NCBI GenBank assembly: GCA_963667015.2 | Contig: CAXXJJ010000004.1 | Span: 3,360,001 to 3,424,000, forward strand | Reading direction: 5' to 3' | From: Desulfatiglandales bacterium | Lineage (GTDB): Bacteria > Desulfobacterota > DSM-4660 > Desulfatiglandales > HGW-15 | DNA length: 64,000 nt | Part shown: piece by piece, positions 34,697-44,917 of the stretch | Position numbering within the stretch: the first letter of the stretch is position 1 | How the letters are laid out: each line of letters starts with the position of its first letter | Notes under the pieces: generated by a model | Database searches by the model: none | What the model saw: the letters and a program-made list of their open reading frames with translations, nothing else | What the model was told of the DNA's origin: nothing | Program-made: the position numbers and the translations under genes

Positions 34697-36230
34697 TTAA
34701 TCTGCTGTTCCTGTTGCCAGCGTCATAATCCTTTCCTGTGTTGCATATTCATCGTTATCTATTATTCCTGTGCACCTGCCTTCGTGCATTACAAGTATCC
34801 TGTCGCTCATCCCCAGAATTTCGGGGAGTTCGCTTGAGACCATTATTATAGCCACCCCCTGATTGGCCAGGGTGTTCATAAGTTTGTATATTTCATACTT
34901 GGCTCCCACATCTATGCCGCGGGTCGGTTCGTCCAGGATAAGTATTTTGGGATTTGACATTATGCATTTGGCAAGTACCACCTTCTGCTGATTTCCGCCG
35001 CTCAATGATTCCACAATCGAGTGCACGGACGGGCTCTTTACTGATAACCTTTTAGACATCTTATCGCATTCATAATACTCTTTATGCTGATTTACGCTGA
35101 ATCTTCCGGTAAACCGGTCCATGTTGGGCAATGAGATATTTTTCAGTATGGACTGGCCAAGCACAAGGCCCAGGAGTTTCCTGTCTTCAGGGACAAGGCT
35201 TATTCCGTTATCTATTGCATCGCGGGCAGAACAGATTGAAACATCTTCGCCGTCTATGTTTATCGCACCACGGCAATTCCTGCCGTATTCACCGAATATT
35301 GCCGATACCAGCTCCGTACGCCCTGAACCCATCAAACCCGCAATGCCAAGTATCTCACCCTTCCTGAGGGAAAAACTTACATCATCAACAAGCTTTTTAT
35401 GCTGGAGTGCGGGATCAGGAACTGATATTTCCTTTACATTCAGTACAACGTCACCGGGGTTTCTTGACTCGGTGGGAAAGCGTTCGGTCATCTCCCGGCC
35501 GACCATCATGGAGATTATCTTTTCATTGGTAAGTTCTTTTGTCTTTACGGTATCGACAACCGTCCCGTCACGAAAAACAGTAATGGTGTCTGTTATCCTG
35601 AAAAACTCATTAAGCTTATGGGTGATATATATGCAGGTAATACCGTCATTCCTGAGGCGTTCGAGAATCTCCATCAGGGTATCTACTTCCGCTTCGGTCA
35701 GGGCCGATGTCGGTTCATCAAGGATAAGGACCTTTACATTTTCAGCCAGGGGCCTTTGCAATAACAACCATCTGCTGTTTACCCACACCAAGTGATGAAA
35801 CCTTTGCCGAAAAGGGAATGTTAAGATTGTATTTTTTGAGTATCTGCCTTGTATCCGCATAGAGCCTGTTCCAGTTAACGCCGCCCTTGCCTGTTTTGGG
35901 CTCTCTCCCCAGAAAGATATTCTCGCCAACAGTCATCTCCGGAACAAGAATCAGTTCCTGATAAACAACTGCAATTCCCTTTTCAATTGCGGTTTTTACT
36001 CCCAGGTGATCGAAGCGCAAAGGTTCATTATCGTAAATAATGTCCCCGGTATAGGTGTCAGCAGGGTAAACGCCAGAAAGAATTTTTACCAGAGTTGATT
36101 TGCCTGCACCGTTCTCTCCGCAGAGCCCGTGGATCTCACCCCTCTTTATCTTAAAGGAGATATTCGAAAGAGCGGTTACACCTGGAAATTTTTTTGTGAC
36201 GTTTTTTATTTCTAAAATATAGTCATCCAT
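34697..36230 (-). pseudogene. xylG: Xylose-type sugar ABC ATPase with a +1 frameshift
   Basis: Walker A GENGAGKST in one frame and LILDEPT plus a second NBD (LSGGNQQKV) in another; removing one C of the CCCC run (gggg at 35749-35752) restores IAKALAENVKVLILDEPT. Confidence 0.85.
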
Positions 36231-36241
36231 ATTATAAACCA

Positions 36242-37327
36242 TTACGGTTTCGGCGGTCTTTCATCCTCGGGCATTCCTGCATATACTTCTTCCCATTTCT
36301 GGAATCCGCTCTTTACGACAACATCATATATATTGCTTTTATCAACCTGTACTACTTTCAGGAATTTACAGGGAACTTCACCCTTTAAATTCTTTTCCAG
36401 TGTCAGCTCAGCCAGGGAGAAATTTTCGAGGCCTTCTATTTGTTCTCCATTAGCAAGTTTGATTGCAATGTCAACTGCAAGAGGAGTAAGTTTGCGGACA
36501 TCCTTAAAAACAGTCATGGTGAGGTCACCGTCAACTATTGATCGGCACCCTGCTGCCGTTGCATCCTGACCGGAGATAGGAACCTTGCCATTCAGTTTTT
36601 GTGCCTTCAGTGCCTGTATGGCTCCCAGTGCTGTACCGTCATTTGAAGCTACAACCGCATCGATCTCATTTTTCCGAGAGGTGAGTATGTTTTCCATTTT
36701 CCTGAGGGCAATTTCCTGTTCCCAGTTATCTACCCACTGGTCAGCTACAATCTGAATCTGGCCGCTGTCAACAAGAGGCTGCAATACCTCCATCTGACCG
36801 TTCCTGAAAAGAACAGCATTATTATCTGTAGGGCTTCCACCCAGCATGACAAACCGACCGTTGTCTCTGGCCTTTAGTACGCCCAGTGCCTGCTGCCGTC
36901 CGACCTCAACATTATCAAAAGATATATAACACGCAAGTTTTGGTGTTTTTATCAGCCTGTCATATGCAACACAGGGAACCCCGGCCCGAGCGGCCTTATC
37001 AACTGCAATGGAGCAGGAAGCGCCGTCTTCAGCAACAATAAGTATTGCCTTTGCACCCTGGGTAACCATGTTTTCAATCTGGTCATTCTGTGTTTTGGTG
37101 TCATGGTTGGCTCCCTGGGCAATGACCTCATATCCCCTGTCTTCCAGCATTTTAGTCATAATGTCACGTTCGACTGCCCATCGCTCTGTTGCAAAATCAG
37201 AAAAGGATAGACCTATCTTTATTTTTTTATCGCTGTCTTTTGCTTCTTCATCATTATTCTTTGAACATCCAAAGGATCCGAAACTGATCAGTGCGGCAAT
37301 GGATATTACAATCAGAAATTTTCTCAT
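36242..37327 (-). CDS. xylF: Xylose-type sugar ABC substrate-binding lipoprotein
   Basis: Start MRKFL at 37327 with AGGAGG RBS; lipobox FGSFGC; ERW, AYDRLI, SFDNVEVG, GSPTDNNA, SNDGTA, SGQDA. Confidence 0.85.
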   Translation of the reverse strand: MRKFLIVISIAALISFGSFGCSKNNDEEAKDSDKKIKIGLSFSDFATERWAVERDIMTKMLEDRGYEVIAQGANHDTKTQNDQIENMVTQGAKAILIVAEDGASCSIAVDKAARAGVPCVAYDRLIKTPKLACYISFDNVEVGRQQALGVLKARDNGRFVMLGGSPTDNNAVLFRNGQMEVLQPLVDSGQIQIVADQWVDNWEQEIALRKMENILTSRKNEIDAVVASNDGTALGAIQALKAQKLNGKVPISGQDATAAGCRSIVDGDLTMTVFKDVRKLTPLAVDIAIKLANGEQIEGLENFSLAELTLEKNLKGEVPCKFLKVVQVDKSNIYDVVVKSGFQKWEEVYAGMPEDERPPKP

Positions 37328-37906
37328 AGTGCTCCCTCCTGGAAAATTGAAATGCAAAATAAATTCAGTAATTTTACTGTAATATGATATGGATTTGCAT
37401 TCATTTCTATATACCATCATTCATTCTTCTTCAAGCTAAAGAATAACTTCCTGGAGCATTATAAAATGCTATTAAATACACTGGCTGCATTCATCTCGTC
37501 CCCAGCCTCTTTGTTCACTGTTCCGGATCATTTCTTTTTTCCTCCGGCATCAGTCATTTTGCAGATATCCGGGAGTATCAGTGATACTTATGTATGGCCC
37601 CATAATTGCAATTTATATTTTTTATTTTACTTTTTTGACAAAAAAATCCGGCTTGGGGCAAATATATGATAATTTATAAAGATTAGCTTAATTAATCTTG
37701 GGCTTAAATTATATGGCATTTTTTCAGACCGCTGTGGGGATGTCAATATATTACCATGCAAGAAAGAATCAACAGAAATTAAATGATATTGTCTCATGCT
37801 AAAAAATATATTCTGGAAGGTTCTGGTAAAAAAGTTAAGACTCTTTATTAACAACAGGAAAAAATTATGACTCTCAAAGAAAATCTTAGAAAATTAGAGC
37901 AAAAAT

Positions 37907-38408
37907 ACCGGCTGGAACATTACCCATATTATTCAGGCACCGATGTCGTCTGAAAGGTTTCAGGCCAATGTGGCGGCGGCAATGCAGAAAAAGAAGATAC
38001 TTGGTGTTACCAGCAGGTATGTGGTGGTGGCTGGCAAAACAGGCTGAAGACTGTTAGCCTGAAGGCTGTTAGGGAAGGCATGTTGGAACAGTAAAATGTA
38101 ATCTTACTTCTTATCAAATATGAAAGAAATTGTAGTATCCAAACCAGGAATGGTTACAGCATCTTAGACCTTTTGAAAAGAAATATGGTAAAACTCGAAA
38201 TATCACTCTGTGACAGTTTCTGGTTCAGATTCGGGTTTATCCAGACCTTTTGCCTTGTCATAATTTTTTGCCAGATTCAGGTTTATAACAGTTGTAACAT
38301 CAACCCCGGTAAAATCAGCCCCCTCCAGGTCTGCGCCGTTCATCTTTGCATCTTTAAATTCAATGCCCTCAAGGCTGGAATTAGCCAGTACTGCATACTG
38401 AAGAGCTG
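37907..38408. repeat. Diverged copy of 50082-50529 plus 51018-51080 (ParB-methylase 3' end, spacer, internally deleted pentapeptide gene)
   Basis: Same orientation, offset 12175; encodes GWNITHIIQAPMSSERFQANV...KTG* and DVTTVINLNLAKNYDKAKGLDKP. Confidence 0.92.
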
Positions 38409-38499
38409 ACACTGTTGTTTTGCTGTTTCTTTTGTAGTTTTTCCCTGTTCTTGGATGCAACCTGTCAAATGTCAAGAAGCGACCCCGTTGCTTTCATTA

Positions 38500-38701
38500 A
38501 TATTTGGCGGCCTGCCTATTTCCAGAGCCTTTTCAAAATCTTTGTTCTGATCAGCCATCTTCTCCTCCGAGATAAATTGAACTGGCAATTTTAATAAAAG
38601 CCTGATTATAAATATATTCAAATAAACCTGGAATATTATTAAAAAGAGTCATTTAACCATCAATAATAGCAGTGTGTTAAGGAACATAAGATCTCGGGAA
38701 A
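38500..38701. repeat. Diverged copy of the fba 5' end and promoter (17721-17922)
   Basis: Same orientation, offset 20779; MADQNKDFEKALEIGRPPNI on the minus strand, same RBS; -35 box mutated to TTAACA. Confidence 0.93.
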
Positions 38702-38825
38702 TAATAAAAAAATACTGAGCCTGAAACACCGGTAAAAGTCAGTTTTTCCTTAATTATTTAAATAGTTACCATTAAAAACATGCAGGGAAATCCGAAAAAG
38801 AATGAATTAATGAAGTTTTACTCTA

Positions 38826-39092
38826 TCAAGGTTGCGCCTCTTTTTGAACAGCCTGCGCTACCAATTTTACACCAAGTGCAGAGCATACACGGCTTATTGT
38901 ATCAAAACGTGGATGCGAGTTTGGCCGTAGGGCTTTGTATAACGCCTCTCGGGATATCCCCGCAGCATTAGCCACCTCTGTCATCCCTCTTGCCCGTGCA
39001 GCGACTCCAAGGGCGTGTGCCAGCTCTCCTGGGTCTCCATCTTCGATAACAATCGTTAAGTAGGCGGCTATATCCTCTTCGCTTTTCAGGTG
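38826..39092 (-). pseudogene. 5'-truncated addiction-module antidote protein (HI1420-like HTH antitoxin)
   Basis: Not in the ORF track. HLKSEEDIAAYLTIVIEDGDPGELAHALGVAARARGMTEVANAAGISREALYKALRPNSHPRFDTISRVCSALGVKL; no start codon, in-frame stop just upstream. Confidence 0.82.
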
Positions 39093-39119
39093 AACCGGAT
39101 ATTAATATGGTTGATCCTC

Positions 39120-39315
39120 TGATTTTTACGCCCTTTTATAGAGGATATTTCAATACAGGTGACTTTGCAGGGCAGGCATTTGATATTGGAAAGGATTAGT
39201 TGAAGAGATAGATAAACCGGTGGGGCATAATCCACCCCCACAAAAATTTCGGAAGGCCAGGCCCCTATGCTAATGCCTTGAAAGTTTTAGTAGGGCGGCA
39301 TTTTATATGCCGCCG
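39120..39315 (+). repeat. ~197-bp direct repeat, copy 1, ending in a GTAG REP-like hairpin
   Basis: Near-identical to 41732-41928; ends GTAG-GGCGGCAT-TTTAT-ATGCCGCC. Confidence 0.92.
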
Positions 39316-39481
39316 GTGAGTTGGGGATGCTGGATAACTATTTTGAGTTTTCCCTTGTTGATTTCAATAAACGTAACTTAAACTCCATTGCCTTAAGGCG
39401 ATAAAGTGTCAATGTCAAGGACAGACCCCGGTATTTTCCATGATAAAAATAAAAGACTTTTCTTCATGTAAATACATCAGG

Positions 39482-41467
39482 TTATTCTTTCAAAGACGCC
39501 TTGTCCAGAACTTCCCTCATCTTCTGGGACAATGTATGTAGATCAAAGGGCTTCTGAATAAAACCCTTGCAGCCTTTTTCTAATATATGAGTTGCCTGGC
39601 CGTTCACGCTGTATCCGCTTGACAAAAGGACTTTTATCTTCGGGTTAATCTCCTTAAGCCGGTCAAAGACCTTTTCACCGTTCATGCCCGGCATTATCAT
39701 GTCAAGTATTACCAGGTCGATTTTTTCTTTATTTTCCTGATAAATCTGAATAGCCTCTTCGCCATTTTCAGATGTAAAGACCACGTAGCCCAATTTTTCA
39801 AGCATGTGCTTTCCTACTTCGATGATAAGATTTTCATCATCCACCAGCAATATGTTTTCTTTGCCCATAACAATTTCTTCTATAACAGGCGCCTCTTTTA
39901 CCGCTTCCTTTTCTGTAGCGGGCAGATACAGTTTAAATGTGGTTCCCCGCCCTTTTTCGCTATAGACATCAATGAAGCCTCCATGGTTTTTCATTATGCC
40001 ATAAACAGAGGCCAGGCCCAGGCCTGTTCCTCTTCCCATTTCTTTTGTAGTGAAAAACGGGTCAAATATCTTTTCCTGTGTGGCCTTGTCCATTCCGATA
40101 CCGTTATCTGTGATGGAAATCCTTACATATCTGCCCGGCTTAATCTCATAGGGTTTCAGAGAAGAGTCCATAAAATCTACATTTTCACTGTCAATATACA
40201 GATCTCCTCCCCCGGGCATAGCCTGCCAGGCATTGACAAAGATATTCATCAGAACCTGATTGATCTGCGCCTGATCAATCTCGCTGGTCCATAAATTTTC
40301 GCACAACCTCTTGTGTATGCTTATCTCTTTTTTCATTCGGCCGAACATATCTGCATTGGATAAAAGCTGTTCATTCAGATTGATCGGCTTAACCTCGTAT
40401 TTCCCCCCCCTGGCAAAGCCAAGCAATTGTTTTGTAAGTGATGCCGCGTTTTTAACGTACTCCTCTATGCCCTTCAGGTGTTCATATTCGGAATCGTTGA
40501 TCTCTTTTTCCATCAGCATCAGAGATGTGCGTCCCTGTATACCCATAAGCAGGTTGTTGAAGTCATGGGCGATACCGCCCGCCAGGGTTCCAAGTGCCTC
40601 CATTCGCTCAGCCCTTTCATACTTGATGCGAAGTTTCTTTTCCTCTTCCTGGGCCTTTTTTCTGTCGGTTATGTCTACCCAGGTACTGAGAGAATACTTA
40701 AATTCACCGTCTTTTATGACAGGAGTCGTGGAAAAAATAACCCAGAATCTCTCTCCGTTCTTATTGGTAAATTCGCCCTCCAAACCTTTAACGCCTTTTA
40801 AGGTAGCCTTCCTCCACTCATCATGTGAAATCGGGTCATCCACCCATGGAAAAGGAAAGGTTTTCCCCAAAAGCTCATCTGATGAATATCCTGTAAGTTC
40901 AGCCAGCGCTGGATTAACATATTCAATCCTTAATTCTTTATTAATCACCATAATGGGGCTGGGAGTATTTAGAAGGATGGAAAAACTGAATTCCTCGCTT
41001 TTTTTTAACTTCCTTTCTATTTCTTTAAGCCTGGTGATATCGGTTACAACGTTATTAAAATAGGTTTTATTTTCAATTTTTGTTAACTTTGATATCACCA
41101 ATATATCCTTGATCTCATTGTCTTTGGTCCTGACCCTTGATTCAAAAGAGACCGGTTCTAATGTGATGTCTTGAGGAGTTTCAAGCGGTTGCAGCGGATC
41201 ATCGCTTTCTGCAAAGTCGGTTGTCTTAAGTTCCGCGAATTCCTCTCGCGAGTACCCGAGGCTTTCATAGGAGTGTCTGTTGAATTCCACAAATTCATCG
41301 GTTTCAGGATCAACAAGGTTTATAGCCACTCCCGCATTATCAAAGATTTTCTCATACTTCTCTTTCCTGTTTAAAAGACTCTCATATTCACCATGAATCG
41401 TTTTCAGGGATTCCTTTAAACGTCTGATCTCGTTTTCAAGGGTTTCGTGTGCGGGATTTTTCTCCAT
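39482..41467 (-). CDS. PAS-PAS hybrid histidine kinase (HisKA-HATPase-REC)
   Basis: Two PAS domains, [20 protein letters not shown]-terminal REC (LDMIMP). Confidence 0.94.
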   Translation of the reverse strand: MEKNPAHETLENEIRRLKESLKTIHGEYESLLNRKEKYEKIFDNAGVAINLVDPETDEFVEFNRHSYESLGYSREEFAELKTTDFAESDDPLQPLETPQDITLEPVSFESRVRTKDNEIKDILVISKLTKIENKTYFNNVVTDITRLKEIERKLKKSEEFSFSILLNTPSPIMVINKELRIEYVNPALAELTGYSSDELLGKTFPFPWVDDPISHDEWRKATLKGVKGLEGEFTNKNGERFWVIFSTTPVIKDGEFKYSLSTWVDITDRKKAQEEEKKLRIKYERAERMEALGTLAGGIAHDFNNLLMGIQGRTSLMLMEKEINDSEYEHLKGIEEYVKNAASLTKQLLGFARGGKYEVKPINLNEQLLSNADMFGRMKKEISIHKRLCENLWTSEIDQAQINQVLMNIFVNAWQAMPGGGDLYIDSENVDFMDSSLKPYEIKPGRYVRISITDNGIGMDKATQEKIFDPFFTTKEMGRGTGLGLASVYGIMKNHGGFIDVYSEKGRGTTFKLYLPATEKEAVKEAPVIEEIVMGKENILLVDDENLIIEVGKHMLEKLGYVVFTSENGEEAIQIYQENKEKIDLVILDMIMPGMNGEKVFDRLKEINPKIKVLLSSGYSVNGQATHILEKGCKGFIQKPFDLHTLSQKMREVLDKASLKE

Positions 41468-41669
41468 AGAATTATCCTTTTGAAAAAGTCAATCAGGTCA
41501 TGATTATGGCACAAGCCATAATAGCATTAAAATTATGTTTTCTGCCATAATCAGGAATGGATTTTGCTGTTTCCCCGGTCATTGGCTGTATGACAATCTT
41601 GATAAGATCTTTATCCATCCTGGGCCTTATAATCTTTAATTTAATATGGATTCCCTTTTTTAGGAATAA

Positions 41670-41698
41670 AATATATGGAACTTGGCGCTGTGTGTCAA
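41670..41698 (-). promoter_or_regulatory. Putative sigma70 promoter of the PAS kinase
   Basis: Minus strand TTGACA-17 nt-TATATT. Confidence 0.6.
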
Positions 41699-41731
41699 TG
41701 TAAACTCACCCAACCATATGACCAATTTTTT

Positions 41732-41928
41732 TGATTTTTACGCCCTTTTATAGAGGATATTACAATGCAGGTGACTTTGCAGGGCAGGCATTTGATATTG
41801 GAAAGGATTTGTTGAAGAAATAGATAAACCAGTGAGGTATAATCCACCTCCACAAAAATTTCGGAAGGCCAGGCACCTATGCTAAGGCCTTGAAAGTTTT
41901 ACGTAGGGTGGCATTTTATATGCCGCCG
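41732..41928 (+). repeat. ~197-bp direct repeat, copy 2
   Basis: Near-identical to 39120-39315. Confidence 0.92.
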
Positions 41929-42232
41929 ATCTTTTCCTATTAGGGCGTATTCGCCCTAATTAAAATTAATCGTTAACGAATCAATAATTCCAATTTGCAT
42001 GACTTGCCGGCAGTTTATTCAATTCTTCTATTGCATCAGTTTGTACCGGCGCTTATATTATTTTTTACCCGCGTTTTTACCCGCGTTATTCATGGTCTTT
42101 GACAATAATTTTCTGATGTGCAATTCAAAAATCCACTTTAATATATGATATTAATTAAATAGTCGTACCAGTGATACGACAATTTCTTCATCTGCAAGAA
42201 TATATTTATAAGCGGATTGCAATATTGTTGTC

Positions 42233-44917
42233 TTAATCCTTATATTTCCTGAAATTTTCAATTAGCTTCTGAAAAGATGACGGTTTATATTTATGAAAAC
42301 CTTCTTCGTCTATAAATACATAATCAAAATGGGTCTCGTCTTGAGTATTGTTAATATCCACACACCATTGTTTAAGCCGATTCATTTTCTCCGGGACGTC
42401 CAGGTCCTCAAGTCCTTTTGTCTCTACAATAACTACTTCGCTTTCAGAAACCTTTACCAGAAAATCCGGGTAATAGTTTGATGGAAATCCATCACTGTTA
42501 ATGTAATCAATAGTAAAATGAACAGCCAAAAAATTCTTAGCGTAAGAAATGATATCATCACACTTTTCCAGAAAGGCTGTAAATTCCAGTTCAAGATGAC
42601 TGTCTCCTATTATTTTATTAAATACCGATTTCTGAGGAATAATATATCCCTGATCTTTTACAACAAAAGGCCTGGTTTTTCTTAACTTAATATAGTCTCT
42701 TATCTCTGTATCGCCTTTATCCCTGACTGTCAGATCATTAATATACTTTTTAAAACATTCTATAATCGTTTTTGTCACTCCGGATTCTGAAAGATTTCTT
42801 ATTGTATTAAGGTCATCGATTTCAACAGATTCGGTGAAAAGATAATGAGAAATAAACTCCTTAACCTTTCCATAAAGTATGTCATACCCGGATACCAATC
42901 TGAGATCTTTCATTACTGTCTGTGCAAAATATCCTATAACGCTCCTATAATCTGCTACAGCATTTGTATCTAACAGCGTAATATGATTGATTTCATTGGT
43001 GGTTATATCCTTAAAAACAATTTCCTTTTTTTGTTCATCTGTAAACTCACGGTATTTTATAGGTTCATGGCTGAAAGATGCCGGATCAAGTTCGAAAATA
43101 TTTTTATACTCTCTGTATATCCTTGGTGTAAGAACAGGAATTTCTATATCAAGCTTATCAATGTCCTTTTTAGTATTCTCAGTATCTACTTCAACAATTA
43201 ACGGAGCTTTGGGGCTGGTACCCTCACCCATCGGTTTTCTTTCAAGTTCAACACCTTCACTCTGTATGGATTCAACAAAGTCCATAAACGCATCTGTGCC
43301 AACAATACTTACATATTCTTCAATATCACTTCCAAAATACATCCGCCGCAAACCTCTTCCAAGAGTCTGCTCAGGCAAAATATTACTTTTTGCGGTATAT
43401 GCCCTGAGTCCGACTATCGTTGTAACATTGCGAACATCCCATCCTTCTTTCAACATCAAAACCGATACAATAACTTTATAAGGACTTTCCCAGCTATCTA
43501 TTTTATTAGCCTGATCACGAAGCCTGTCCAGTTCTTCCTTGCTTTTACCTGAAGTTGACTCAGATATTTCACCGCTTCGATTAGTATGTATTGTCATAAC
43601 GGCGTCTTTAAATTCAGGGAAATTAAGCTCAAGGTATTCCTGAACTTCATCACAGTTTTTTGTGTCATCTGTCATAATAAACAGGATGGCCTTTTTCCCG
43701 AGTTTTTCATGTTCAGGATAAACCTTTCTCCACTCTTCAACTCCCAGATTTATATAATCAGCATATCTCTCAGTAAAAAGAGCGCTCTGTCTCTCAGCCA
43801 GTTTTGCCCGGCTTGCACTGTCCGGAAGAACCGGATGCTTTACCACATTCTGTGAAATAGCCTCAACAAGCGGATAGTCCGATATTGTCTGGACAAAAAT
43901 AGCCCCATTATTGTGTTTGGGTGTTGCAGTTACATCTACCTGCAAGGAAAGAAAATTATCTTTTTGCAGCAGCTTATTATGAATATCCTGAATGGATTTA
44001 AACCAGGCAAGTTTTGAATCATGTATATGATGGGCCTCATCATTTAAAACAACAAGCTCATCAATATCACGAACAATCTCTCCCAGGTCCACTTTTGAAT
44101 CTGTTGTCTTTCCTGTGGGTCTTTTCCCTAAAAAATAATCCATGGTATTTTCATCTGAAAAACTCGCAGCAACTGTATCCGAAGAATAAACCCGGTGGAT
44201 ATTTGTAAGAAAAATATTTCCTGTTTTTCTTACAATACTCACCTCATCCTGTATATGCAGTGTTAGCTGAAAATCATCCTGCCAGTTCTGACCGTCATAG
44301 CCGTTATCAGGCAGTACAGGGTCTTCAAAAAATATCCGAAGCCCGTCAAAATCATTTCTGATACGATCAAGAACTATTATATTAGGAGCAATAAGGAGAA
44401 AGTTTCTGGCAAGATCAGAGTCCTCTTCATATGTCTTATGAAAAAAGGCCCAGGCAAGTATCAGGCTCATGACCTTGGTTTTACCGCTTCCAGTCGCCAT
44501 TTTAACTACAAGCCTGCGCCAGTTCTCATCAAACATTCCGGCAGAAACAGCCTGTGATGAGTCATAGCGTATAAGATCATATTTATCCTTAAACTTAACG
44601 ACATCATATAAATAGATAACTGTCTCAATCGCTTCTCGCTGGGCATAATAATACTGAAAGGGAACGACCGATCCATCTGCCTTGGGGATAAGGTGCTCGG
44701 TTTTAAACCACCAGTTCATTAGAGAAATACTTGTATTGGTAGCGCCTTCATAGGATTTTTCACGCCATTCCTTAACCTCTTTACGAAGAAGATGTACAAA
44801 CGGCGGCAGAAGCTTCTCATAGCTTGATTCCCGCAATGCCTCATCTGCGGGAAACCATCGGATATCAGGGTTCAGAATTTCATAGGGCGAAGAGGGGAAG
44901 TCAGGATGTATAGCCAT
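42233..44917 (-). CDS. Type III restriction-like Res subunit (SF2 helicase plus PD-(D/E)xK nuclease)
   Basis: MATGSGKT, NDEAHH, TATP, LKEGWDV, EQTLGRGLR; C-terminal YYPDF...IVETKG. Confidence 0.88.
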   Translation of the reverse strand: MAIHPDFPSSPYEILNPDIRWFPADEALRESSYEKLLPPFVHLLRKEVKEWREKSYEGATNTSISLMNWWFKTEHLIPKADGSVVPFQYYYAQREAIETVIYLYDVVKFKDKYDLIRYDSSQAVSAGMFDENWRRLVVKMATGSGKTKVMSLILAWAFFHKTYEEDSDLARNFLLIAPNIIVLDRIRNDFDGLRIFFEDPVLPDNGYDGQNWQDDFQLTLHIQDEVSIVRKTGNIFLTNIHRVYSSDTVAASFSDENTMDYFLGKRPTGKTTDSKVDLGEIVRDIDELVVLNDEAHHIHDSKLAWFKSIQDIHNKLLQKDNFLSLQVDVTATPKHNNGAIFVQTISDYPLVEAISQNVVKHPVLPDSASRAKLAERQSALFTERYADYINLGVEEWRKVYPEHEKLGKKAILFIMTDDTKNCDEVQEYLELNFPEFKDAVMTIHTNRSGEISESTSGKSKEELDRLRDQANKIDSWESPYKVIVSVLMLKEGWDVRNVTTIVGLRAYTAKSNILPEQTLGRGLRRMYFGSDIEEYVSIVGTDAFMDFVESIQSEGVELERKPMGEGTSPKAPLIVEVDTENTKKDIDKLDIEIPVLTPRIYREYKNIFELDPASFSHEPIKYREFTDEQKKEIVFKDITTNEINHITLLDTNAVADYRSVIGYFAQTVMKDLRLVSGYDILYGKVKEFISHYLFTESVEIDDLNTIRNLSESGVTKTIIECFKKYINDLTVRDKGDTEIRDYIKLRKTRPFVVKDQGYIIPQKSVFNKIIGDSHLELEFTAFLEKCDDIISYAKNFLAVHFTIDYINSDGFPSNYYPDFLVKVSESEVVIVETKGLEDLDVPEKMNRLKQWCVDINNTQDETHFDYVFIDEEGFHKYKPSSFQKLIENFRKYKD

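Noticed and set aside
17721..38701. Prophage or ICE bounded by attL/attR in fba
   Set aside because: No integrase, phage or conjugation genes; the duplicate is ~200 bp, diverged, and paired with a second duplicated anchor.
41495..41645. Possible universal-stress-protein remnant and ATTATGGC/GCCATAAT palindrome upstream of the PAS kinase
   Set aside because: Similarity too weak to support by eye; the palindrome's role cannot be assigned.
42062..42086. TTTTTACCCGCG tandem duplication
   Set aside because: Only two units in non-coding DNA, with no supporting context.
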